From Azolla caroliniana (taxonomy: Eukaryota; Plantae; Polypodiophyta), in the NCBI GenBank assembly GCA_043228905.1, contig JBHGNT010000011.1:20770001-20834000 (forward strand): a DNA stretch of 64,000 bases. Reading direction: 5' to 3'. Both the position numbers and the translations under genes were made by a program. The notes below the pieces were generated by a model. That model did no database searches. It saw only the letters and a program-made list of their open reading frames with translations, and had not been told where the DNA came from. Numbering within the stretch: position 1 is the stretch's first letter; every line of letters begins with the position of its first letter. Shown piece after piece: positions 13,677 to 27,786 of this stretch.

Positions 13677-16600
13677 TAGAGATCTACTATCGAACATGAA
13701 TATTATGCCCGATGTGAGCAATTTTGCCATTCATTCATAACATGACTTACGAGCTCCTGGACATCTTTCATTTGCTATTTTTGTATGTTAGTTTCTAATT
13801 ATGTCTCACATTAAGAACCTTTCCTTTCAACACCATATATGGAACTTTATAAGAAAGGCAATCATTTTTTTACAACGGATTCAAATGTGTTGATGCACAT
13901 GATGACTTAGTGATAAATCATATGATTTACAGCATCAAGGTTATGGTGTCAAGTCATTACCTGCTTATTTGTGTCAGTATAGACATGCCAATAGTGGGTC
14001 TTTTGCCCTCCTATAATTGTTCCATATGTGTTAACATTTTAGTCAAGGAGAAATGTCCAGTTACTTCCATGTCCTTGTGCTATATCTTGATGACTCTCCA
14101 TTCCCATGTTGAGACTCAGTTTCTTTTATGAAATTCATATCGTCTTAGCTTTCCCTTACTGGCATTGAGTTTGTGGCTTTCTCTTCTAATTTCCTATTGT
14201 GCATTATGTGGTTTGGTACAATAAAGTGATCATGTATCAGTATCATATGGGATGTGATGATGCAGGAGCATTTTGCCTTTTGCCTTTTGCCATTTCAGCT
14301 TAAATGGTCAATCTAGTGCATTCATTGTTTTGGTTTCAGCATGTCTTGGCAACTTCATGCTTAGTATTCCGAAATTTGGTTTTCCATCCCTAACGTCAAA
14401 GTTTTGTATGAATAGAATTGAAGGAATGTTTGATTATGGCACCGTCAATGACTCTTGTTCCTTTGCTACATCATATTGAATTACTTGAGACTGGTATATG
14501 TGGTAAAGAGCAAGAAGTCTTTTTTGACCAAAAGGTAAACTACAAAATATTAAAGAGAGACTTCTAGTGGCATTTGCAAATATAAGGGAAGTTCCAAAGT
14601 GTCGTGAGGCTTGATACATAATATTAGAAGGCTAACAAAAGCAATGCAACATAATGGGAAAATGTGAGGTTCACATATTGCATATCAGAATCATCGCTAC
14701 CACCTTTCCTCTTTACACAAGATTTTATTTCGGTGTACTATGGCTAGAATTTGAAGCATAAGGTGGAAACCATAGTTTAGTTATTTTTCTAACAATTGGA
14801 GTGCTTAAATAACTAATGTGATCAATTCTTAAGTGTATTGAGACAATATAATGTTTGTGAGAAACTTTTGAGGAAATCAAGGTTTGAAGGTAATGCAAAA
14901 CATCATGTAAATATGGTATCAAAACAAACTAATGCACAAAATCCAACATAACATGATGAAGAAATATTTACGTTAGGCTTAATAGTGAATTATGAATGTG
15001 TTTTCCTATTAATGTGTGTAATACATAGGGCTGTCCTTTATATAATCAATGGGAGATATTGTGTGCAATGAAGAAAACCCAAAACCCAATAAGGTTCAAA
15101 ATGATGTTCATGTATGATTCATAGTGGTTGATAGTAAAAAGGAGGGGGAAAAGATATGGATCTTTGGCCATGGAACAAATCTTGATTAGACCTTTCAATC
15201 TACATGCAATATACATCAATGTCATCACATGTGTAATGCACGAAGGTGCATTCTTGATGATGTGTTGATATTATAGTTGTGTTGCACTCACAAAAACAGG
15301 ATAACTACATTCACAACATGGCCTCGTCAATAACTTTTTACTTTACGAATGCATGAATGACATCTTTTAAATCATCAACACAAACCAAAAGAGAGTTGAT
15401 GATAGCGAGGAGAGGAAGGGACATTGAGTCACCCTTTAGGAGTTACCTTTATCTTAGTTGAAACAAACTTACATTTTTACCTAGCAATAAGATCCTCACT
15501 AACAAAGCAGGTTAAGCAAGGAGTTTTGTGTTGTCAAATTTTTTTGGGAAACAAGAGATATACATACACATAAGGAAAGTAATCTACAAAATTCATGAGG
15601 ATTATGTGACATGTCACATCAGTTGTACTTTGTATGACAACATATTATCAATTAAGTGAACGATATCAACGAACGGGTCATGTGAAAGCAATCAGTGTCA
15701 ATGCACTTTTGCCAAGGAATTATGCCACTCAATGTTACTCCGCATGCTTCACTTTATAGTGTGATTGTGTATCTATAATCTTACTGACAAAGTTAAATGT
15801 TTTAACTAATAACCTAAGGAATAAATTTTTATTGATTCAATCATATCACATCTTGAAATAAAAGTAAAGACTAGTACTGGGTAAAGTTTTTGCCCTAATC
15901 ACCCTATATCCTCTTTAAGAATATACTCTTTATGTGGGTTCTCCTTTTAATGAAACTCTTTAATATTTGATTTTGTATAGTTATTTCTCGTTGCCACATT
16001 TATGAATAGTGACAAACCATACCATTCGAATCCTCAAAAGGATACAACAAAAGCCTAAAATTTAGATTTCCATTATAGAATGACCAAAATACAATCACTA
16101 AGGTATTATTAGCACTAGAAAAGAAAACACAGAAATTTAGGAAAGCAATGAGACAAGTCTTGGGTTTCGAGCTTAAAATGCTTACTCAATAAAGCCGTCA
16201 TTGTTGGGACACTTTAGTATCCACAACATGATAAGTTTCTCACACCATTTGATTTGATGTTAATCTAGGAAGATACCATACATACAATGTTTGGATGGGT
16301 ATCATGGTGGCCATGTTTGGATGAGTATTTTTAACCTCCATAATCATTGTAACCCAATATTCCAAGAACTAAACTAAGTTCTCTTATGTTTCCATTGCCT
16401 AATGCAGAATCCTCCATCCTAAAGTAGGGCATCATAATCAATTTCCTTGCATACAACAATACCACATGACAAAGAGACAAATGTGACAAATTATAATGAA
16501 CCAATTATCTTGCCTACTTTCCTTTAAAATATTGAATATGTACCTTGCCAAAGTGAACGTAAGCTTCTTCTTTTTTGTCTTAACAAACCTTTGCTTTGAT

Positions 16601-18315
16601 TCTTGATTATCTTCCTTACAAGTGTGGAATAAAGTAACCGTCTATAGTGACGCTAGAATTTGGCTTTTGTAGGCACAATTGAGTGACATTCCATTTCCAT
16701 ATATATATTTGGGTCATCATTGTGGGGCCAAATCAAAGGGGCTTGAAAGATTGTCGCACTTTGAAGAGGCCAAACCCAACTGTCCATGAATGTCATTCTC
16801 AACCATCATAACACTTACAAAAAGTTACCATCATTGAGTTTGGGGTAATATTAGATCAATCATAGGTTGTTCTTAAGCACAAGAGTATAATATGGGGGGA
16901 AGTATCCACTTCATGTTTGTCGAATGCATCCAACCTATCATCAATTAGTAGAAGCCTACGAAAAATGGTGATGATTCACGAACAAAAGCTAATTCAAGAA
17001 AACCACTCACAGTTCTTGGTTTTAGAAAATACTCTTTCTTGAAGATTGAGAGAATATCTAGAGATGGAGGATAGAGCATTAAACCATTACACCAACTCAG
17101 AGAATATTTTGCTCCATTTGAAGAAAACAAGAATCTCATATATCTATGCATATGAATATTCAAAGAAAATATTCAAACACATGAATGGCAACCCTTGTAA
17201 AGCATTTATTAAAGCTCTTTGGATTTGAGAGAAAAGAATATCCTTTTGACTCTTGAGTTTCTAGAACAAAACAACAATGATGACAAAAAGGAAGAACATA
17301 CTAAATACTAATTTTGCTAACACATTCCATGATATATGAGAGAAATGTCAAGCATCAAATATGGCTTAGGTGACCAATATGCTTAATTATGCTTAAAAAG
17401 TAAATGCATGGTCCTCGAATGTTTTAGCCATGGCTAGGAGGAACTTCACATTCTCAACTTTGAAATCGAAGGCACCTCTACGCATGGAAATAGTGAAAGT
17501 GGTATGGGCTTTATATGTAAGAATATCTATAAAGTACAAGTATTTTGCTCTAAAGCTTGAACGAGGGCCAAAAGGAGATTAAGATGACGTACCTTGAGGT
17601 CTAAGCTAACCATGAGGAGAAAATGCACTTGCATTGTGCCCATTGTGTTCAAGAACTTTACCAATGAATGTTGCAATAGAGAAAGAGAGAGAATTTGAAA
17701 TGTACTTACAAACTACTTGCCTATGGAAAGGATTTAGACCCCAGTACATAAACATCGAGGGATATTTAGAAAGTATCGTGCTTCTACGAATACATTGTTG
17801 AAAGACAAGTGACAAACCATATGGTCAAAGTGAGTCCACAAAGATGGATCAAACTTACTTCCATTTTCTCTTTCCCAATTGCGCTCGCCATGCTCATTTT
17901 GCATATCTTTTCATGTTGAACGGATATGCATTCAACATGTAGAGGGGAGGGAGGGGGGTATGTAGGTAATCTCTTCGATAGTGTTTTCTGTTCGTCATGA
18001 ATGAGCACTTCAGATCCCACGTACGAGGTGAAACACGATGGTAAGATTGTGGAGATGTTAGCATAGTTCATTCTCGGTCCATCAAGCGGGCAAAGCAAAG
18101 CAAGGCAAGTCCCACACCACAGCAACAATGCCTGGGATGGGCGGGCCAACCGACAAACCCATGAAATGGGTGGGGCAAGCGAGCAATGGGCCGTATTTGA
18201 TCCGCTAAGTTTGGAGTTGGGTGGGTTTGATTGATAAACAAAGAAAAGTGGTGAAGATTTGGGGGTTTTGAAACACAGTTCTAAAATAGAGTGAGTGAGT
18301 TAGTTAGTTCTGGGA

Positions 18316-18358
18316 CTACTACTACTACTACTATTACTATACTCTTCTACTATTAGTA

Positions 18359-18389
<31 letters not shown>

Positions 18390-18533
18390 GAAGTAGTAAG
18401 AGTAGGTCTAAAAAGAGAGGCTTTGTGATATGATCTATCTATCTATCATCAGCATGTGAAGCTTTTGTCAGAGAAGCTTCAGACCCACTACCACCATCTC
18501 CATCTCCATCTCCGTCTCCATCTCCATCTCCAC
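18316..18533. repeat. Microsatellite cluster: (CTA)n, (ATCT)n, (CCATCT)n
   Basis: Directly visible. Confidence 0.9.
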
Positions 18534-19227
18534 CATTCCCATTCATTCACTGAACATTCCTTCTTTTGCTTTTTCTTCCTCAGATCTTTCTTCATCATCG
18601 AGCATTAATTTCGCTCTGTCTGCCCCGTCCGTCTTTCTCCTGTTTCCTTATTCGCATTCCTGTTTTTCCCGTCATCCATTTGTTTCATCCATTAATCAGA
18701 CATTAGATCTGTTTTGGGCCGCGTGTAGAAAACATATTATCCATCCGTTTCCTGTCATTTCCCCTCCTGTTCCTTTACCTTAGTCCCTGTTTTCTTCTAG
18801 GTATTCAGCAGCCTAATTTCTACCGTGTTAATTCCTTTCCTTACGTTTCCATAGCTTAAAACGAGGAGGAGTGGATTCTGACAATATGCGCTTCTATACA
18901 ATCATCATCGTTTTCTTTTATTTTTCTTTCTTGTGCAGACATAACGTCGCAGATTGCAGACTTTTCACCCCTCGCGCAAATTCTGCCATAACCTCTCCTG
19001 AGGATCGCCAGGTAAAAAAAAGCCAATTCTTCTCTTCTTGTTTTTTCCCACAGAATTGGCCTGTCATTGTATGTCTTTCTTCGCATCAACATTATTCCAG
19101 ATGGATTGATGACCTTCGATTCCCAACCTTCTTCTTCTTCTTCTTCTTCTTCTTCACAAGTTCATAAGATGTGCAGTTTTTTTCACATGGGAAAACTGTC
19201 CAAACCCTAATGCAATATGCATGTTGC

Positions 19228-19489
19228 TAGTGTGTAAGATTACATGTGTTTTTGGATTGCATTGTACTAATTGAACATTGTTTGTCACCTTGGATGAGAG
19301 TGCCTAGATGTGGTTAGTGTGTTAGATTACATATGTTTCTCAATTGCATTGTACTAATTGAACATAGTTTGTCACCTTGGATGAGTGTCTAGATGTGGTT
19401 AGTGTGTAAGATTACATATGTTTTTCGATTGCATTGTACTAATTGAACAATGTTTGTCACCTTGGATAAGAGTGCCTAGATGTGGTTAG
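19228..19489. repeat. Minisatellite, 3 copies of an ~86-bp unit
   Basis: Unit TAGTGTGTAAGATTACATATGTTT...GCATTGTACTAATTGAACA...TTTGTCACCTTGGATGAGAGTGCCTAGATGTGGT begins at 19228, 19315 and 19400. Confidence 0.92.
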
Positions 19490-20739
19490 TTCCTTGGTTT
19501 GGCTAATAATGGTTTCTCCTAGCTCGATACAATGTGAATTGCTTAACCATTTGGCAATGCTAATCATCATCATCATCATCGTGATAAGCAGGCACGTGGT
19601 GATGCTCAACAAAGTATAGTTGCCAGATTTACTCATGAGCTTCTTAACAAGAAATTGGTTGCAACAATAAGGCATGAAGATTATGGTGACTTGGAAGCAC
19701 CTCCTAAGCTACCACAAGCTCAACATGGACCCGTGGTCTTTAATCACAAGAAAAAAAGACCCAAACATCCTTCAACCGACACTCATCATCGATCCCGATC
19801 TCACCCCTAAACAAATGCTACAAATTGAAATAAGCTTGGAAAACATATAGGTGATTGAACCTTCTTTGGATTTGCTCAAGAAGGATGCTCCAATAACATG
19901 GCTAACGTTAGCATGCTTTATACATAAAAATATAAATAAAGGGTTTTCATTGGCACATACATATAGATAATGCCATGATCGTCAGTCAACTAGTGATAGA
20001 ATGGATTTAAGCCAACACCAAGTTGCACCAAATGGCACCAAATGTAAGACTTCTTTAGAGCTTGTCACAAAGTGTTATATCACTATCTTGATAGCAATCA
20101 TGATGGTATTCCAGAGTCTTTCTCACAAATAACAATTTTTTAAAAATGTTTTACAAAGATTCATATTTTGTCGGAGTAGTAACTCAGCTCATGTCAAATG
20201 CATTTCGATTGATTTGGAGCCACATATGATCATATTGATAGAAACATGTAGCAGGATAGTTAATCTTTGGCATTGGTAGTTTGTCGTAACATTTTCATGG
20301 ATGTGGATAATGTTACAAATTCCTTGCGAGGCTTAGGCTTTACTAGCTAGAACACAAGGAATTCCCCTCATGTTAAGGTACTCGCATTGATGTATATTGG
20401 ATTGAGGCCCATATTAAAACTTGGGATAGTCTTGAGGTTGGTCATCCACTCGACTAGTCTATAATAGTCAACACCAATTTAGGCTTTTCATTCGTACATA
20501 GTTTCCTAACCATTAAATCTTTTGAGAAATGAGCAAGTAATTATATTCGTTCGTAGTTGTGGGAATACCTAAAATTAAGAAATAGATAAAATTAAGCGTT
20601 TTTTTTTAAAAGTCAAGATTCACCATGGTATTAACGAAAAGATGCCCAAAGGCTTCAAAGTATCCATACAATATATTACAACCCTCCCACCCACATGAAT
20701 CAACATGTCTATTAGCGGAAACCCTCATGCATGGTCTTT

Positions 20740-23700
20740 TCAAGATGGGGACGGAAAAAGCCATCTTGGTGGAGCATATCTCCATTTTATTTTGTCCCCA
20801 AAATAGGTGAAGACCTCTGCCTTTTTCCAAATTTCTCTAAATTGTTGATGCTTGCGAAACACAACATCAGGCTCATCATGTATTGCCTCATATTGACCTC
20901 TTAGAGTATGCAGGAGCATCAACCATATCTCCTGGACTAACTCAACTGCATTCGGTTGGACATTCTGAAATACACACTTATATCTTGCCTTCCACAATAT
21001 CCAAACTACTAAAGAAGATACAGTAGACCAAACCTTGTCTTCTTCCAAACAATGGATTGGTGTAGTATAAGAGGCCTCCAACACATGTATTCCATCGGAG
21101 AGGAGAAGAAAATCAACACAGTCCCTTTCATAATTCTGTATTTCTTCAGCCAGCCTTCCCCATCTCACAAAACCCCATGTGTACACCTGTTTACCATAAA
21201 TAGGATACAAAATTCTCAACACTCTTTTCCATACTGCTCTAGCTATAGGATATACCCATAAAACATGGTTCACCATTTCATTGGGAAAACCACAATTGTC
21301 ACATTTTAAATCATGACAATGCACCTTCATCCATGACTTCCGAGGGGTGCCATAATGTACCAACAACCATCTAAACAAGATAGCTTTTCTAGGAATTTGC
21401 ACGGCCCATAGCCATTTCCAATAAGCATTTAACCAAGAGTGTCCTACATACCCAAGGTCCAAAATTTACATGTTGCTAACGTAGCAGCCACATGCCTCAG
21501 CAATTCTCAACCCATTTTTACCGAGTACTGAAAAAATGGGATTTGCTTTCCTAACATTCCTTGTGGTAATACGCTTTGCCATTTCCATTTATTGGGATCC
21601 CACAAAAGTTTGTCAATGGGATTATTCTCGTAGACCCACAAATTTTGGGTGTGAATTCAACATCCATTTTTTATCGTTTTTCCACAATATACGAACAAGC
21701 AACATTCTCCCTTGAGATACAACTTCGTCTTCCATAACAATAGAATGAAGCCGTCCAGACCGCAAAACATCGAAATATAGACAGTCATGAGAGTTTTTAT
21801 AACCTCTGACCCCCAACAAGACATTTAAGGATGAAAACATACCATACCAAAATAGACCACTTTGAGAAGGTTGAAAGGAATACATCGTAAACACTCTATC
21901 GATTTCTGCATACATAATGTTTCCACCCCAAATTGTGCGACAAACCTGGGTTTTGTTTTTGATTGTCGAAGAAGATAAATACAGCCAATTCCTTACCGAT
22001 CCAGCTTCTCCTCTATCAAAAGCAGCCCATTTCAACCTAGTTCTTTTCCTTAACATTCCCTCCTCCTCTGATAGAAATAATGGGTTCATTATTAGGGGTT
22101 GTCGCAACCATTCCTCCATACATGATGGTAGAGATTGGACCAAGTTATGTTTCAAATCCCACCATGCCTTCATGATACCCCTAAAAAACTTATCTTGGCG
22201 AAAAATATCAAGGGAACGATTAAAATCTCTTAAAAACCACCATCTAGTACTATCTTGCCAGTTGCCACATGTAGAAGGCATAACCTTAACCATTTTGTGC
22301 CTTAATACTTTTTTCCAAGGCTCCCCACCTGGCAACAAGCCTCTTATAATAAATTTTCCCAAAAAAGCCTCACATTGTAATAGAGGATCAATCAACCCAA
22401 GACCCCCCTCGTCCTTTGGAGCTATAATACCTTCCAAGATACTTTAGCTCTCACATATGAACCATCTTTCAATCCCCAAAGGAAATTTCTAATAAGCCTT
22501 TGTACTTGTGATAAAGCCAAACATGAACACAACCAAGCCGACAAAATGTACCACATGGAAGCCAACAATACTTGATTGGCAACAACAACCCGACCTACCA
22601 ATGACAATTTAGCAGCATTCCAATATAACAATTTCTTCCTTATAGCAAGCAACAAAGGAGCTATATGATCTTCCGATACAAGGTTAATTCCTATCTGACA
22701 TCCCAGGTATCTTACAGGTTTGCCATGTGGAATCCATTGAAACCCTTATTGTGGACACCACAAGGGGTTTACTGTAGTACTTACTTAGAATCCCACCGAC
22801 TTATTCCAATTAATAACAACTTCAAAAGCATAGCAAAAACTATCAATAGCCCGATGTACTCTACACAAATTATTGTGAGAACCTTGCAAATACAGGGTTG
22901 TATCATCAGCAAATTGACAATCCACAATTTGCTCCTCTGACCAAGGCCATTGTAGTCCTTTAATATTCTCGGCATTACTTATAAGAAAACTACTAAAAGC
23001 TTCTCTAATCATCAAATATAAAAAGCAAGCTAACAGACATCCTTGTCTCACTAACCTTGAAATTGAAAATTCTTGGCATAGCTCTCCAGCTACTAATACC
23101 CCACTAGTAGCTGAGTTGTAAAGAGCGGAAACTGTCGTTAACCATTGATTAGGAAAACCTAGCTTTTCCATAATGCCCCTCCAAAAAGACCAATCCACCC
23201 TATCATAAGCCTTTTCAAAGTCCAACAACAAGATAGCTAGATCCTCTTTCCTTTCTTGTGAAATTGCAACCGCTTCCCAAAATAAGAAAATGTTATCCAA
23301 TATACTCATATCTTGTAAGAACCCCGTTTGGGTATTATGAATGATGTCTGTTAAAAAGGGTTGGCATCTCATAGCCAACATCTTAGCATATAGTTTGTAA
23401 ATAGTATTCAATATAGTAATAGGTTGCTACTTCCTAATATCAGCCACTACCCCTTCCAACTTCAGAATAAGATATATCATACCTTCTATCCATTTACTTG
23501 ACATACTTCCAATATTAAACACCTCTTGAAATGCAACAGTAATGTCGTTCCCAAAAAATTCCCAATATTTCCGGAAAAAATATGTTGAAAGCCCATCAAT
23601 ACCAGGCCATACATGGGAGCCAATTGCATCTAGAGTAGCTCTTACTTGAAAATTTGAAATTGTCTTAACTAAAATAGTTGCCATATGTAGTGAAACCCAT

Positions 23701-25012
23701 GCATACATGGTCTGCCACACACATTGACGAGTTTCCAAATGATTAAGTGTAAAAACATTGAGCGGACAATAGATTGCTATAAAACTGTGTAACAATATCC
23801 CTCATTTCCCCAACATCCTCCGCGATGGATCCGTCATCCCTTTGAAGTTGTTTCATCCCATTACAAAAAAAAAAAAAATCCTTTTCAATTTTGAAAAAAT
23901 CAGCAAAGACTTTATTCCCCACTTGTGCCCACTTTGCAGCAAATGAATTATAAGAGAATTAAGCCCAAGAATCTTGTAGTTTAGAGAGCTTATCCATTGT
24001 ATTATTCAATTCAGACATCACCCACGTTGTCCACGGCATGCGTTGTTGAAAATGTTGCAACGAAACAACCGTTCGGCTAGTACTCAATATCTTAGTTTTT
24101 AGTTGATATAGATCTTCCTTTGCTTTATTACAAAGCCACTTAATAACATTGGCAATTGCATATGCAACTCTATTACACCCCATCACTTGGGATACATCTG
24201 TATCCTTCCAAATTGCTAAGACATCTCGTCTAATGATAACATAAGCATACAACGAGGAAGGTATAGGTGTCCTAAAGGCCTTCCATTTTCCCCCTTTTTT
24301 CAAAGTAACAATAAGAGGTGAGTGATCTGAGAAAGTTGACCCAGCTAATATCTATAATGAACCTCCTAACATTAGAAAGAAGTCATCAGCATAGAATTTG
24401 TCTAATCAAGCAAGATTAGTACCCAACAACATGTTTGCTAAAGGAAGAAGAGTACCAAGTATCCTGAAAACCATACTTAAAGCACAAACTCTCCCAAAAG
24501 CTTAACTCTGAACCATATAAAACAGCTTGGCTACCTCAACTTCTATCCAACTTATCCTCAATCATATTAAAATCTCCAACCATACACCAATGATCCACAT
24601 GCGGCAAAGTATCACACAGATAAGACCACAACCTCCTCCTGTCCGATAATGCATTATAAGCATATAGAATTATAAAACCCAATTGTAGATTTTGGATTTC
24701 TACAATAATAACTTGCACTCTTCCTTCCACTAAAATCCTATAGTCAATCACATGAGAGGACCATTTTTGGGCTATTGCTATACAGACACCAGCTTTATTG
24801 TAGGATTCGCCAATAGCGGGACTCCAAAAATGGGTCCAGGATCCATACGAATCTACCCTTGATGGACTCAAATGATGTTCTTGTAGAAAAACCATATCTA
24901 CATATTGCATAAAGCTTTTATGCAAGTTTTGCCTAAGACTGGCCTTAAATTTCTGTGCTCGTGCACCACCCAATCCTTGAACATTCCATGAGACAATACG
25001 AAAATTATCCAT
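20740..25012 (-). pseudogene. LINE ORF2 (endonuclease, reverse transcriptase, zf-RVT), fragmented
   Basis: Collinear ORF pieces 24536-25012, 23959-24303, 23427-23795, 22785-23411, 22422-22655, 21622-22437 and 20740-21462 carry EN and RT motifs. Confidence 0.93.
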
Positions 25013-26069
25013 AGGCTAACAAAAGTTGTTTACCTTTCATCCTCTTCTCCTCAATCGTTACTTTCTTAGGCTTATTGATTTGCCCAACAATCTTGAATCC
25101 TTTCCAGGATTTCCTAGCCACAACTTTTGCGTATGTATCCTTCTTTATTGATGAAGAGAGTGTGTTCTTTCCCTCCACCATCATACCTCCATTCATAACC
25201 ATAGTATATGACCGCATAACCGATTTCCCAAGCATGAATCCTTATGCATTCTTATCGTGGCTTGCTAAGGCTTTTGTTTTAGCCCGAGTTAACCTTCCAG
25301 AATATTGCAAGCCATCCATATGACCATCCTCAAGAGATATCATGGTTTTACTCTCGTCATTCTTTTCTACCATAGCTAACTCCATGTGAGACTCACCTTG
25401 TAATGAGGAAGGCTCAAAGGTTGTCATATGTTCATGATCATTCCCTCCTTTCAAGGGTTTGACCGTCTTCGATTTGACAATATCACGGTCAATTACAATA
25501 TCGTAATCCTCCTCTCTTTCAAGTTGTATATCATTATTATTAAAAGGAATTATTTGTAAATTTGTCTTGTTCAATTGTGAATCATCATGCGTTGCATGTG
25601 ATCTTTTGGTAGATGTTATCCCTACACCACTAGATGTCCTCACCGAGGATTTCCTATCATGGTTCCTTCTACCTTCTATCCAACCTTCATCATTAGTGTT
25701 GTTAGAAAACCATTTTTGACGATTTTGTTCATCTCGAACAAGACAATCCTTGACCACATGTCCAATACGATTACAAACAAAACATTGATTAGGAAGTCTA
25801 GAATATTTAACTTTTTTTACCCTCACTAGGGCCTGAAACATAACGGGCAGCCTAACATATGAAGGCAATGTCATGCCCTAATGACCAATTAACCATATGT
25901 ATGGTAGGTTGAAATTCCCAGTCACATAATGCACTGCATCAGATTCTTCATCCAACAATTGAGCAATCATGGAGGCCATATATGGCATCACTGATTTCCA
26001 CTCTTTTGGCAAGGCCGGAAACATAATTGAAAAGAGAAAGTAATGAAATAATTGTTCACTAATGCATGC
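25005..26069 (-). pseudogene. LINE ORF1 remnant (zinc-knuckle protein)
   Basis: FPALPKEWKSV-like segment near 26000, and KYSRLPNQCFVCNRIGHVVKDC. ORFs 25242-25874 and 25005-25235 share a frame and are split by one stop. The ORF1 stop overlaps the ORF2 start (ATGGATAA). Confidence 0.85.
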
Positions 26070-26345
26070 AAGCGTATTTTGTGGGGTATTGGTGGTTTAC
26101 TAGCTTCATGTAATGATTTTGCATAACGTGCCTTAAAGATAGGTATTCATGGGAGCTTTTGGATCAAAATAGTGGTCGGTTCTAGATATGTTGTCAACAT
26201 CCCCACACATGCAAATAATTAACATATAGTTAAAGTTAATTACAATTAACCTTCAATCAATTTGTAATATGAAACTATGCACTTTCACTTTGTGATCTCA
26301 AATTTTCTTTGAATGAAGATTTAGGTTTAATGGTTACCGTAGAGG

Positions 26346-26350
<5 letters not shown>

Positions 26351-26422
<72 letters not shown>

Positions 26423-26827
26423 AATAATGGCTTTCATTACAAAACAAAAAACACCACCATGACTAACTTACTAAAAAGTATAGAACCCTTCTATCTAGGG
26501 ATCTAAAGAATACTACGACACCAAACTCAATGCCACCCTACACACCAATTCAAATGGCGAGTATGATGATATGTGACCTTGTAGAGTTCTCTCTCTTCCT
26601 GGTTGAAATTTCGTGCCTTCTCTAGCACTGTCAATTGCCACAAAAGAAGTCTTGTTAACTTTAGAACATATTTTCTCACCCCAACTTGTGAATCAAAAAT
26701 TAAAGCATTTCGCATATTCCAATTGAATCATAACCCCCAATACCTCAAGAACTCAAAAATAATTTGAAAATGAGGCATCAGTTCATTGTTCTCCATATGT
26801 GCAAAAACCCAACTGAAGGAAGATAGA

Positions 26828-26885
<58 letters not shown>

Positions 26886-27236
26886 AAAAGCACACAATTA
26901 TATTAATTGTATGTAAAATCCACTTAGTTACAACACTTCTTAGTCTCCTCTACCTATCATATGCCTATGTAGGGAGAGGGAAGTCATGTAATGCTATTAA
27001 AAACCTAAATATGCATTTGAGGAAATGATCCCCACATGCTCTAACATCCAAAATTTCTACATGAGAATACCTTTCAGCTTCTTTATATAGGCTTTCACCC
27101 CATGTCTATTATCAAACATGAAAGCATTACGCATATACCAATTGTGTTGTAGACCCCAATAACGTAAAAATTGGAACAATATCTCCATCTCATCATTTGA
27201 ACCATTTTGAACATATTGAGAAAAAACCCATTGTTG

Positions 27237-27285
<49 letters not shown>
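26351..27285. repeat. Three long (CT)n microsatellites (26351-26419, 26831-26882, 27241-27285)
   Basis: Directly visible. Confidence 0.95.
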
Positions 27286-27287
<2 letters not shown>

Positions 27288-27786
27288 AATGTAAATGTAA
27301 TAACATTGAGCATGTATCACCATAATTACACTTTTTTACCCATAAAAATATCCTCCATTGGTATTAACATAAAATGGCCCAATGCAATATATAAAATAGT
27401 CCACCATTACAAAGAAAATTGCAACATAATTAACTAGAGAAGTATTGAACGTACGTGTAGCTTCAGTAGTCTCAACAACACCAAGTTCAAAAAACCCCAT
27501 CTTTTTACAAACTAAATATGGATTTTTGGGCTTTATCAAAGTAGTCTATGCCACCTATATTGCTCAGCATCTCTTATATTTTGATGCAAATTGATAGCGT
27601 CATATGTTACATAGTGCCTTTCCCTACAATTTGAATACAACTCTGCCAATGAGTTCCAATTTTTGCTGTCAAAAAATGTGTGTTGCTGCTAGCAACATGT
27701 AGAGCCTGGAACCAAAGTGATATAGATTTTCACAGTTTTCTTCCCCATCATCTACAACAAAGAAAAGAGGAAAAAACTCTCCAAAT
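26530..27786 (-). pseudogene. Decayed intron-containing gene of unknown family, probably TE-borne, with two paralogous exon-like segments
   Basis: Minus-strand peptides FQFLRYWGLQHNWYMRNAFMFDNRHGVKAYI (~27060-27237) and FEFLRYWGL*FNWNMRNALIFDSQVGVRKYV (~26650-26820) are clearly homologous. An upstream exon-like segment (27455-27786) contains stops. Confidence 0.5.

Larger units (their letters stand above)
20600..26069 (-). mobile_element. L1-clade LINE retrotransposon, 5'-truncated and disabled
   Basis: ORF1 remnant with zinc knuckle CFVCNRIGHVVKDC (25242-25874). ORF2 fragments: APE endonuclease (WNVQG, LQEHH, GDFN; 24536-25012), reverse transcriptase (PGIDG, LDFEKAYDRV, RQGC, FADD; 22785-23795), GGLG motif and zf-RVT (CDNC...H; 20740-21462). 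Poly(A) tail appears as a T run at 20599-20607. Candidate TSD AAGCGT at 20594-20599 and 26070-26075. Multiple stops and frameshifts. Confidence 0.95.

Noticed and set aside
14000-17900. Short ORFs downstream of NOT1
   Set aside because: No recognisable domains or consistent splice structure. Probably decayed TE or intergenic sequence.
18430-18481. miR167-like words and a short hairpin
   Set aside because: No match to a full mature miRNA, and the stem is only about 8 bp.
19228-19489. CRISPR-like regular repeat
   Set aside because: The units are contiguous with no unique spacers, the context is eukaryotic and there are no cas genes. It is an ordinary minisatellite.
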